A stretch of DNA of 64,000 nt. Source: Candidatus Multivoradales bacterium (GTDB taxonomy: Bacteria > Acidobacteriota > Thermoanaerobaculia > Multivoradales > J023). Numbering within the stretch: position 1 is the first letter of the stretch; every line of letters starts with the position of its first letter. The DNA is taken from assembly GCA_965248925.1 (NCBI GenBank), contig CBDFLE010000006.1, positions 4,832,001-4,896,000 on the forward strand. The letters run 5' to 3'. The notes beneath the pieces are model-generated. The model had not been told where the DNA came from. It did not search any database and was given only the letters and a program-made list of their open reading frames with translations. Shown in pieces: positions 1-8,038 of this stretch. The position numbers were made by a program, and so were the translations under genes.

Positions 1-1252
1 CCGAGCAAGCGGCGACGATCCAACGCACCTCGCTGCCCAGCTGGAGCAAGACGTCCGCCAGCAGTCGGTCGACGCCTGCCCAGGGGGGGCTCGACAGGAT
101 CACCAGCACGGTTTCTCTAGCCGCGGCATCTGGTCTTGGGGAGCCGGTGGCAAGTCGCAGCCGGTGGCAGATTTCACCAGTGCCAGTGCCTGCGCCGAGG
201 GTCAAACCGAGAGTCAAACCGAGAGTCAAACCGAAAGTCAAATAGGGGCCGACGCGGCGGATCGCGGCCGGCAGAATGAGTCGGCTGATCGGGACTTGGC
301 CGTCTGCGCCCAGAGTCGCGGGGTTGTAGCTCACTATCTTGCCCACCAGCCGTTGGCCACTCCTCTTGGCCAGCGATTCGATGGCTGGCGCATCGAGCCC
401 CCGCTGCGGCTGCCAGAAGGGGGCGCGAACCAACAGCAGACTGGCGGGAGGTAGGCCTCCAGCGGCCGGCAGCTGTAGTTCGACAAAGAGCAGGTTTTCG
501 ATTTGCAAGCTCAGCAAGGCGGTTTCCAAACCGCTGGCCGGTAGCCTCTGCACCAACACGGCGTCGGTCACCACGACGGTGTCGGCGCGATCCTGAATCT
601 CTCGACTGCTGAAGACCTGCCCCGCTAGCGGCTGGCCACTCCGCGGGTCGACAGCCATCCAGGTTTGGCCATCGGCCTGCAGCAGCTCGCAGCCGGGAGC
701 GGTTTGAGCGGCCCATGCGGCCAGCTGTAGCTCGCTCGGTTCTTGCTGAGTCAACGCCAGCAAACGTGGCATTGGTCTGGCGTGGTGGTGCCCAGGCCGG
801 AGTCGGATGCTGCTGGCGGGGCGGTGCGAGGCGCGCCAGGCTTGGCGGGCCATGCCGACGGTGGCGCGCAGCATGCGGCCGACCAGGCGACGCAGCGGAT
901 TGCCGCCGGCTGGCCGCAGCTCGACCGTGCTCAATGGCGGCGGGTCAGCCGGGATGGTTGGGCTGGCGAGAGTTTCCAGGGCCGCGATCACAGCCGCCAG
1001 TTGCAGGTGTAGATTGCGGTTGTCGGCCGCCAGATCGGCCAGCGCGGCACCTAGATCGTCGACCTTGGCGGCTGCCGCTGGCGGCAGGTCGGCGGCCAAC
1101 TGGCGAGCCTGCCGCCGGCGTTCGCCGAGACTTCGATCGAGCCGCTGCAGATCTTGCTCTAGCCGCTGCAACCGGCGGCGAGAAGTCGCTGGCTGGCGGT
1201 CGCTGTCATCGGCGCTGCCAGGGCGGCGCTCTGAAGTGGGCTGGGAACTCAT
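1..1252 (-). CDS. Partial CDS running off the left edge; possibly the N-terminal part of a glycosyltransferase (coiled-coil N-terminus)
   Basis: Manual translation from ATG at 1252 (MSSQPTSERR...) stays open to base 1 (417 codons); absent from the ORF track because no stop lies in the window. The last residues ETVLVILSSPPWAGVDRLLADVL resemble the start of a GT-B (GT4-like) domain. Divergent from a flippase-like gene. Confidence 0.5.
   Translation of the reverse strand, partial: MSSQPTSERRPGSADDSDRQPATSRRRLQRLEQDLQRLDRSLGERRRQARQLAADLPPAAAAKVDDLGAALADLAADNRNLHLQLAAVIAALETLASPTIPADPPPLSTVELRPAGGNPLRRLVGRMLRATVGMARQAWRASHRPASSIRLRPGHHHARPMPRLLALTQQEPSELQLAAWAAQTAPGCELLQADGQTWMAVDPRSGQPLAGQVFSSREIQDRADTVVVTDAVLVQRLPASGLETALLSLQIENLLFVELQLPAAGGLPPASLLLVRAPFWQPQRGLDAPAIESLAKRSGQRLVGKIVSYNPATLGADGQVPISRLILPAAIRRVGPYLTFGLTLGLTLGLTLGAGTGTGEICHRLRLATGSPRPDAAARETVLVILSSPPWAGVDRLLADVLLQLGSEVRWIVAACS
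195..242. repeat. 12-bp tandem repeat, 4 copies of (CCGARRGTCAAA)
   Basis: ccgagggtcaaa ccgagagtcaaa ccgagagtcaaa ccgaaagtcaaa; in the minus-strand CDS it encodes LTFG-LTLG-LTLG-LTLG. Confidence 0.9.
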
Positions 1253-1386
1253 CAGCGGGGTTGATCGTCGGGTCCTGAGGTTAGGATCTGGGATGCGCGC
1301 GGAGCATATCGTAGTCAGCCCGACCCAATGCTAAGCTGACCGTCTCTTCACCCAAGTTCAAAGATCAGCCCACCAAACCTCCGACG

Positions 1387-2301
1387 ATGACCCAAGTTCG
1401 CCGCCACGATCGTCTGTTGCGCTGGCTCGGCGGGGTCGCGGTAGTGCTCAGCCTGGTGTTGCTGAGTCGCCAGGCCCTGCGCCATGCTGGCGAGCTGCCG
1501 CCGATTGAGTGGCGGCCGGCGCTATTCGGGGTGGGCCTGGCAACCCTGGGCCTCTACCTGCTGGCGCGGCTGCTCCAGGCCCTGGCTTGGCGCTGGCTGC
1601 TGGCGGCGGCGGGGCAGCCGAGCCGCTGGTGGCAGTTGCTGCGCATCGGCTTGCTCACTGAAGTGGGTAAGTACGTGCCCTCCAACTTGGCCCACTACGC
1701 CGGCCGAGTGGAGTTGCTGCATCGCCAGGGACCTTCCCGTGCGCTGGTCTTGCGGACCATGGTGCAAGAGGTCGCGTTGCTGGTGGTGGCGGCGTTGGCG
1801 GTAGCCGGAGCCGCGGCTTGGTGGTGGCCGGCGGTGCTGGCACCGCTGACCGCCCACCTGCCGCGGGGGCGAATCGCTATTGCGCTGGCGGGGTTGGCGG
1901 TACTGGTGTTGGGGCTTGGCTGGTTCGGTTGGCGCGGTCGTCGGCCAGAGCCGCGACGGCTGGGTCGTACGGCTCTTCGCCTGCTGCCTTGCTGCGGTCT
2001 TTATGGTCTGTTCTTGATCCTCAATGGTCTGCCTCTCGGCCTGCTGGCCGGCAGTCTCTATGGCCTGTCGGTACCGTGGGGGGCCCTGATCGGGGTCTGG
2101 GCGGTGGCCTGGGTGGTTGGCTTCGCGACCCCTGGTGCGCCCGCTGGGCTGGGGGTGCGGGACTTGCTCTTGTTGACTGCCCTCAGCGGATTCTGGGGGT
2201 CTGGACCGGCGCTGGCCATCACCGCTGGTCACCGCCTGTTGCTGACCGTCGCCGATGGCTTGGCTTTTTTCCTCGGCTTGCTGCTTGGTAAGTGGCGCTA
2301 G
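1387..2301 (+). CDS. Lysylphosphatidylglycerol-synthase/flippase-like (UPF0104) membrane protein
   Basis: About 8 hydrophobic segments; family-type motifs GKYVP, PGAPAGLGVRD and terminal HRLL. Confidence 0.75.
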   Translation: MTQVRRHDRLLRWLGGVAVVLSLVLLSRQALRHAGELPPIEWRPALFGVGLATLGLYLLARLLQALAWRWLLAAAGQPSRWWQLLRIGLLTEVGKYVPSNLAHYAGRVELLHRQGPSRALVLRTMVQEVALLVVAALAVAGAAAWWWPAVLAPLTAHLPRGRIAIALAGLAVLVLGLGWFGWRGRRPEPRRLGRTALRLLPCCGLYGLFLILNGLPLGLLAGSLYGLSVPWGALIGVWAVAWVVGFATPGAPAGLGVRDLLLLTALSGFWGSGPALAITAGHRLLLTVADGLAFFLGLLLGKWR

Positions 2302-2312
2302 GTTTCTTGGTG

Positions 2313-2332
2313 TTTATGCCGCATTTTCGCCT
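2313..2332 (+). promoter_or_regulatory. Degenerate copy of the candidate SOS-like direct repeat
   Basis: TTTATGCCGCATTTTCGCCT aligns without gaps (14/20) to CTTACGCTTTATTTACGCCT at 9715-9734; upstream of a DNA-repair helicase. Confidence 0.35.
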
Positions 2333-2391
2333 TCTAGGGTGAGAATCCGCTAGACTGGCAAGTCCGTCGGGCGGCCTGCTTCTGACCTGAG

Positions 2392-5300
2392 TTGCACTTG
2401 GTGATCCTGAATGTGAGTGATTCCGCGATATCTCCTCCTCGGCAGTCCATAGTTTCGCTAGTCGAGTCAATCCTGGCCGAGCCACGCCTTGCTGGCGAGG
2501 TCGTGCATCACGAGAAGCTGCCGGCGAGCCCGGCGAAGTTCGGTGCGGTGGAGCTGGCAGCGCCGCTGCGCCGGGCTTTGGCCAGCCGCGGAATCGACCG
2601 CCTATGGAGCCACCAAGCGGCGGCGATTGCTGCTGTTGAGCGGGCGCAAGACGTGTTGGTGACGACGCCGACGGCCTCTGGCAAGTCGCTGATCTTTCAG
2701 CTGCCAGTGTTGAGTGAAGCCGTTGCGGGCGGTGCGGGCAGAGCGCTGTTTCTTTTTCCCCTCAAGGCTCTCGGCCAGGATCAGAAAGTCAAATTCGACG
2801 AGTTGCGCCAGGCCGCCGGGCTGACCGAGGAGCAGGCCGGTTGCGAGATCTACGACGGCGACACCAAGGCCAAGCGGCGGACCGAGATCCGCCGCCGGCC
2901 GCCGCGGGTAGTGGTGACCAACCCGGACATGCTGCATCTTGGGCTGCTGGCCCACGCCGACAGTTGGTGGCCGTTTTTCTCCCAGCTGCGCTTCTTGGTA
3001 CTCGATGAACTGCACACCTACCGCGGGGTGTTCGGCAGCCATTTTCATCATGTTCTCCAGCGACTGTTCCGGATTTGTCGGGCGGCAGGCTCCAACCCAC
3101 GGGTGATCGCCTCTTCAGCCACCGCTGCCGGTGCTGGTGAATTCGCCACGGCGTTGGTCGACCGCCCTTTTCGCCATCTCGAACAGTCGGGAGCGCCGCG
3201 AGCGGAACGTCATTTCTTGTTGCTCAAGCCCCGGCGCAGCCCTTACACCAGCACCCTGGAATTGCTGGTCATGCTGTTGCGGGCCGGTCTCAAGACCATC
3301 GTCTTCACCAAGGCGCGGCGAATCACTGAGTTGCTCTACACCTGGCTGCGCGAACAGCAACCCAAGCTGGCGCGACGGGTGTCGAGCTATCGCTCTGGTT
3401 TCCTGGCTGGAGAACGTCGGCGCATCGAGCGGCGCTTGGCCACCGGTCGTTTGGATGGGGTGATCTCGACCTCGGCGCTGGAGATGGGGATTGATATCGG
3501 TGGCTTGGACGCTTGCCTGTTGGTCGGCTATCCGGGCAGCGTGATGGCGACTTGGCAGCGATCCGGCCGTGCCGGGCGCCAGGACCGCCCCTCGTTGACC
3601 GTGCTGGTGGCGCTGCCCGATGCCCTCGATCAGTATTTTCTTGAGCACCCGCGGCAGCTGTTGCAGCGCCCTTGCGAGTGCTTGGTGGTCGATCCGGACA
3701 ATGAGCAAGTCAGCCGCCTGCATCTGCTGTGCGCCGCCGCCGAGCGACCGCTGGACTGCACCGTGGATGCTGATTATCTGGCTCGCCACGCGCCGGCTGC
3801 TGGCGGTCTACTGATCGACGGTGAGTTGCTCGAGGGGGAAAGGGGAGCGGAACTCTTCGCCGCCGCCAGCCGGCCCCACCGCCACGTTCAGCTTCGTGGC
3901 GGCGGCGGTAGCTTTCACATTGTCGACGCGGCGAGTGGGCGGCGGGTGGGCACTGTGGGTGGCAGCCGAGCCTTGCACGAGTGCCACCCCGGAGCGATCT
4001 ACCTGCACGCCGGCCGCCAGTATCTGGTTCGCGAACTCGATCTCGAGGCGCGGCGGGCGCGGGTTGAGCGGGTGTCCGAGGACTACTTCACCAGCCCTCT
4101 GACAGAAAAGGAAACCGAGATTCTGGAAGTTCTGGAGCGCCGCGAGGACGGTCTCCTGCACGCTTGGCTGGTGCGGCTCGAAGTCACCGAAAAAGTGGTG
4201 GGTTGGGAGCGCAAGCGCCTGCACGGCCAGCAGGTGCTCGACCGTCACCCGTTGCAGTTGCCGGAAAGTACCTTCGAAACCGTCGGTTTGGTGTGGGCGG
4301 CGCCGCGGCCGCTAGAGGAAGAGCTGCGGCGGGCAGGCCACCCTTTGCTCGGCTCACTCCATGCCGTCGAGCATGCTTCGATCGCCCTGATGCCGTCGCT
4401 GGTGTTGGCCGATCGCAACGATATTGGCGGCATCTCGTTTCCTTTTCATCCCCAAGTTGGCTGTGGAGCGGTATTCATCTACGACGGTCACCCCGGAGGG
4501 ATTGGCCTGAGCCGCCGCGCCTTCGACGACCTGCCCGAGCTGCTGCGACGGGTCGGAAGCCTGTTGGCGAGCTGCGAGTGCGAGGCCGGTTGTCCCTCCT
4601 GCGTGCAATCGCCGAAGTGTGGCAATGGTAATCGGCCCTTGGACAAGAGGGGAGCCCTGGCGGCTCTGAGGATGTTGCTCGGTGAGCTGCCCCTGGCCTT
4701 GCCGGCGGCGCGGCCCGACTGGGTTAGCGTAGCGCCAGCAGAGGAAGTCCGCGGCGGTCGAGCTTCGCGGCGAGTGGCACGGATGCAAGTGACGGGTAAG
4801 CCCCTGGTGGCCGGGGGCGAGGGGGCGGTAGAGCAAGCCTCGGTGCCAGCGCCACCCGCGGCTCGCCAGCACCAGCGCCAGGTGCTGAATACCGCTTTGT
4901 TCGATCTCGAAACCCTGCGCTCGGCGGCTGATGTGGGTGGGTGGGGCAATTGCCACCGCATGGGGGTGGCGGTGGGAGTGGTTCTGCAGCTCGAAGAAGG
5001 CCGCTTCGAGGTCTACTACGAGGACGATGTGGAGTCGCTAGTGCAGTCGTTGGCGGCTGCCGACTTGGTGGTGGGTTTCAATGTCGAGCGCTTCGACTAT
5101 CGGGTACTCAAGGGCTACACCGGCGTTGACTATGGGCGCCAATGGCCGACCCTGGACCTGTGTTCGGACATCCACCGTCGCCTCGGTCGCCGCATCGGTC
5201 TCGGGCATCTGGTGCAGGCGACCCTGGGACTGACTAAATCGGCCGATGGATTGCAAAGCCTGGAGTGGGTCCAGCAAGGGCGGTTCGATCTGGTCGAGGC

Positions 5301-5421
5301 TTACTGCCGGCGTGACGTCGAGGTGATGCGCGACCTCTTCCTATTCGGTCGCCGGGAGGGCTATGTTTGCTATCTCGATCGGGGCAGCGGACACAAAGTC
5401 CGGCTGCCGGTCGATTGGTAG
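2392..5421 (+). CDS. DEAD/DEAH helicase of MrfA/YprA/SftH (DUF1998) type fused to a C-terminal RNase_H_2/YprB-like DEDD exonuclease
   Basis: Motif I TPTASGKS, motif II DELH, SAT, TSALEMGIDIG, QRSGRAGR; DUF1998 Cys cluster CECEAGCPSCVQSPKC; C-terminal FDLET...GFN...FD...YCRRDV. Exact start uncertain. Confidence 0.9.
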   Translation: MHLVILNVSDSAISPPRQSIVSLVESILAEPRLAGEVVHHEKLPASPAKFGAVELAAPLRRALASRGIDRLWSHQAAAIAAVERAQDVLVTTPTASGKSLIFQLPVLSEAVAGGAGRALFLFPLKALGQDQKVKFDELRQAAGLTEEQAGCEIYDGDTKAKRRTEIRRRPPRVVVTNPDMLHLGLLAHADSWWPFFSQLRFLVLDELHTYRGVFGSHFHHVLQRLFRICRAAGSNPRVIASSATAAGAGEFATALVDRPFRHLEQSGAPRAERHFLLLKPRRSPYTSTLELLVMLLRAGLKTIVFTKARRITELLYTWLREQQPKLARRVSSYRSGFLAGERRRIERRLATGRLDGVISTSALEMGIDIGGLDACLLVGYPGSVMATWQRSGRAGRQDRPSLTVLVALPDALDQYFLEHPRQLLQRPCECLVVDPDNEQVSRLHLLCAAAERPLDCTVDADYLARHAPAAGGLLIDGELLEGERGAELFAAASRPHRHVQLRGGGGSFHIVDAASGRRVGTVGGSRALHECHPGAIYLHAGRQYLVRELDLEARRARVERVSEDYFTSPLTEKETEILEVLERREDGLLHAWLVRLEVTEKVVGWERKRLHGQQVLDRHPLQLPESTFETVGLVWAAPRPLEEELRRAGHPLLGSLHAVEHASIALMPSLVLADRNDIGGISFPFHPQVGCGAVFIYDGHPGGIGLSRRAFDDLPELLRRVGSLLASCECEAGCPSCVQSPKCGNGNRPLDKRGALAALRMLLGELPLALPAARPDWVSVAPAEEVRGGRASRRVARMQVTGKPLVAGGEGAVEQASVPAPPAARQHQRQVLNTALFDLETLRSAADVGGWGNCHRMGVAVGVVLQLEEGRFEVYYEDDVESLVQSLAAADLVVGFNVERFDYRVLKGYTGVDYGRQWPTLDLCSDIHRRLGRRIGLGHLVQATLGLTKSADGLQSLEWVQQGRFDLVEAYCRRDVEVMRDLFLFGRREGYVCYLDRGSGHKVRLPVDW

Positions 5422-5531
5422 AGCCTTGCCGCAGCCAGCCGTTTGCTCCGCACGCCCAGCGTAGTAAGATCCGCCCTTCGCAGGCCGGTCCGGATAGGCG
5501 GAACGCGGATCCTGCGAAACAGCAACAACAA

Positions 5532-6224
5532 ATGGCAAGCAAGCAAAGAAACATCCTGATGATCGGCGTTCGCGCCGACGAATTCGAGCATGTGGCGCCG
5601 TTTCTCGATCGGGATACCTTCGATGTCGACCGCTTTCCCAGTGCTCGCGGCTCCCTCGAATTGCTGTCGAGCATTGCTTTCGAACTGCTGATCGTCCGTT
5701 TTCCCCTCTTCGACATGGTGCTGGAAGAGTTTCTCGGCGCCGTTCGCAGCGACCAGAGCACCTGTCTCAAATCACCGATACTGCTGCTGGCCACTGACGG
5801 GCGCCAAGCTGAGGCCGAAACACTTATCGGCCGTGGGGCCAATCGGGTAGTCAGTCTGGAAGAATCCGCCACCCTGGTGCAGGGCCTAGTCTCCGAACTG
5901 CTAGCGGTGGCGCCGCGCAAGTCTGCTCGATTCATGGCCCGCCTGGAAATCCGGCTCGGCGGAGCCAAAGACATGATTCTCTGCGAGACCGAGAACCTCA
6001 GCGCCAGCGGCATGCTGATCAAGACCGACCGGCAATACGGCAAGGGTACCCGGCTGGAGTTCGAATTCACCTTGCCCAAAGAGCACCGGCCAATCGCCGG
6101 TGTTGCTGAGATTGTCCGCGTTGCCGGCTCGCTGGCCAGGGAAGCCAAAGGCATCGGGGTCCGCTTCTTAACTTTCGCCGGTGATTCTCAGCGCCGCTTC
6201 GAAACCTACCTGTCCCACATCTGA
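5532..6224 (+). CDS. PilZ-domain protein with an N-terminal receiver-like domain
   Basis: PilZ motifs RKSAR (RxxxR) and NLSASG (D/NxSxxG), ending GIGVRF; the N-terminus has a degenerate receiver-like pattern (PILLL...GANRVV). ATG at 5532 preferred. Confidence 0.8.
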   Translation: MASKQRNILMIGVRADEFEHVAPFLDRDTFDVDRFPSARGSLELLSSIAFELLIVRFPLFDMVLEEFLGAVRSDQSTCLKSPILLLATDGRQAEAETLIGRGANRVVSLEESATLVQGLVSELLAVAPRKSARFMARLEIRLGGAKDMILCETENLSASGMLIKTDRQYGKGTRLEFEFTLPKEHRPIAGVAEIVRVAGSLAREAKGIGVRFLTFAGDSQRRFETYLSHI

Positions 6225-6435
6225 ACCTACCCGCTTCCCTCGCCCGCTCTGTAGCCGCGACTGGTATGGGGGTAGTGGCCATTTCCTTCCCGGGAGAAAT
6301 TCCTGGGTGCGTGCTTATTCCCGGTTTTACTAGTCCGTCTCCGAGCACCAGGGTCACCCGGAGACGGCGTCGCAAACGGGTGAAAAATAAGGACTTGGAG
6401 GTTTTTTCGAGAATTTCACCAAGGTTTACTGCGGT

Positions 6436-6451
6436 TGGTACGGGCCATGCA
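6436..6451 (+). promoter_or_regulatory. Sigma54 (RpoN) -24/-12 promoter candidate
   Basis: TGGTACG-GGCC-ATGCA: GG at 6437-6438 and GC at 6449-6450 with the canonical 10-nt spacing. Confidence 0.6.
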
Positions 6452-6459
6452 ATAGATCC

Positions 6460-6721
6460 CTGTTGTCTGAAGAACGAGCCCAGAGTAGGGAGAGCGCGGC
6501 GAGTGGAAGAGAGAGGAGAGGGGCTCGTTCCAAGACACAGACCGTCAATAGTCTAGAGAGTTTGGCGGCCATCGTTGCGGGTCTGAATCGCCGGGAGAGA
6601 TGTTGAGAGCGGGAATGGCGGTTTTTCTTGCGATGGTGGTCGCCAGCTTCTTCAGAGTTCCCTTTGACCGCACTGCCCCCTGCATCCCCTGTAGGTCAAG
6701 AGGTAGGTGCGGTACTTTTTT
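6460..6721 (+). ncRNA. Candidate structured small RNA (or small-ORF mRNA)
   Basis: Begins at the expected sigma54 start site; long 5' stem (GAACGAGCCC 6472-6481 pairs with GGGCTCGTTC 6521-6530, extended by TGTCT/AGACA and CTG/CAG) around a purine-rich GGA-containing loop; ends in a hairpin plus T-run. Confidence 0.4.
6667..6721 (+). terminator. Intrinsic terminator
   Basis: ACCGCAC...GTGCGGT stem followed by ACTTTTTT. Confidence 0.55.
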
Positions 6722-6815
6722 GCCCACTTGAGAATCGAAGTCAGCCGAGGGGCTGGCGGCGCTCCCCAGTGAATCTCAATCGCCAGCCGCCGACTGTGGC
6801 TTGAAGGTGTTTGGC

Positions 6816-7529
6816 TCAGCGATCCTGATGCAGCGTACGGAGAAGTCGCTCGGCGTAGCGATAGCGCCCACGGGCGGCAGCCCAAGGGTTGCCGGAACCG
6901 AGGAAGATCGGCACCTGAGCGGTGAAGAAGCGCTGCACAACTGGCAGCGAGGGACAACGGTGGCGCTCATTGATTAGTAACGCGGAACCGGAAAGCTCCG
7001 TCGAATCGACGAGCAGATCGAGCAATTCATCCCCCAAGCTATCTTCTGCAATTCCTAGGGCCTCGAGATTGCAGAAGAGATCGGCGAGGATGACGTTGCG
7101 ATAGCGCTTCATCGCCCGCACGGCGGCGATCAGGCTGATCTGCAGGAGATGGAGCGGATGGAACGGCCCGCCGCCGGTCAAATCGCTAACCTGCCGGCTG
7201 CCATAGGTCTGGCTGCCCAGCACCAGGCGACGGGTTGAGAGCAGGAGGAAGTCGACTTCCTTCTGCTCGATCGGTAGGTCGATCCGACCTTGCTCGTCGG
7301 CGACCTCGACCAGCAGGCCACTGTAAAGTTCGGCCGTAGCCCAAGTAGCCGCCTGTTTGATCTCCTGCAACCAGAGGCGCAACTCCTCCTGATGCTGGCT
7401 GGCTGGCCGCACGCAGCACACTCGCTCGAGCCCTTGATCGGCTACCTGGCGAATGAGCTCGCGGACCGACCCAGGAGTTCCCGAGTCCAGCACCAGCATG
7501 TCTTCCTTGGTCGTCAGTAGCCCGGTCAT
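6816..7529 (-). CDS. PHP-domain-like protein lacking metal ligands (putative pseudo-phosphatase)
   Basis: Motif order matches PHP proteins (GLERVCCV, GRIDLP, VDFLLLS, ILADLF, INER, FLGSG, GRYRY) but the His/Asp ligands are substituted. Confidence 0.55.
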   Translation of the reverse strand: MTGLLTTKEDMLVLDSGTPGSVRELIRQVADQGLERVCCVRPASQHQEELRLWLQEIKQAATWATAELYSGLLVEVADEQGRIDLPIEQKEVDFLLLSTRRLVLGSQTYGSRQVSDLTGGGPFHPLHLLQISLIAAVRAMKRYRNVILADLFCNLEALGIAEDSLGDELLDLLVDSTELSGSALLINERHRCPSLPVVQRFFTAQVPIFLGSGNPWAAARGRYRYAERLLRTLHQDR

Positions 7530-7813
7530 TGAGACTTCCGGAAGCGATGAACGTTGTTCGCGACGGTCGCATCGAGGGGCGACATGTAGGGTTCGCTGAT
7601 CGAGGAACCGGGCAGCTTGCAGGAGCTTTCCGGGCGACCGAAGATCCCTGCACCGAGTGGATCCAGGTAGAATCCAGCTCCCGCCCAGGAGGGATTAGCC
7701 TTGCATTTGGGGTTGGGCAGACTTAGAACCAAGCCGATCTCATCGCACTGAAGACCCCGCTCCCTCTCCTGCTCGGCGGCCAGCTGGAGGGGGCGGTCTT
7801 GGGCGAATCGCAT
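7526..7813 (-). CDS. Hypothetical protein
   Basis: 95-aa ORF whose stop overlaps the start of the PHP-like gene (ATGA); no recognisable domain. Confidence 0.3.
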   Translation of the reverse strand: MRFAQDRPLQLAAEQERERGLQCDEIGLVLSLPNPKCKANPSWAGAGFYLDPLGAGIFGRPESSCKLPGSSISEPYMSPLDATVANNVHRFRKSQ

Positions 7814-8038
7814 CCGATCCTCGACGCAACAGGTCCAGGAAGCCCTCCCTTTCGCCGCGGGTCGCTGACCTTCGATTAATTGTTGTACTGAGTATATATG
7901 TTTTCAGTGAGAGAATCCCCTACTCCTATGAGAAGCATGAGGCTGTTTGTTCGTCGGCTGCCGAGCGGCGGGTTACAATTCCCGCCTCAGCTGCCGAGGA
8001 AAACTTCGACACCGCTACCCTAAGAGGTCCACCGTCCG

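Noticed and set aside
7887-7909. E. coli-type SOS box (CTG...CAG) in the AT-rich spacer
   Set aside because: Spacing is N14 rather than N10; it may be another operator but nothing supports an assignment.
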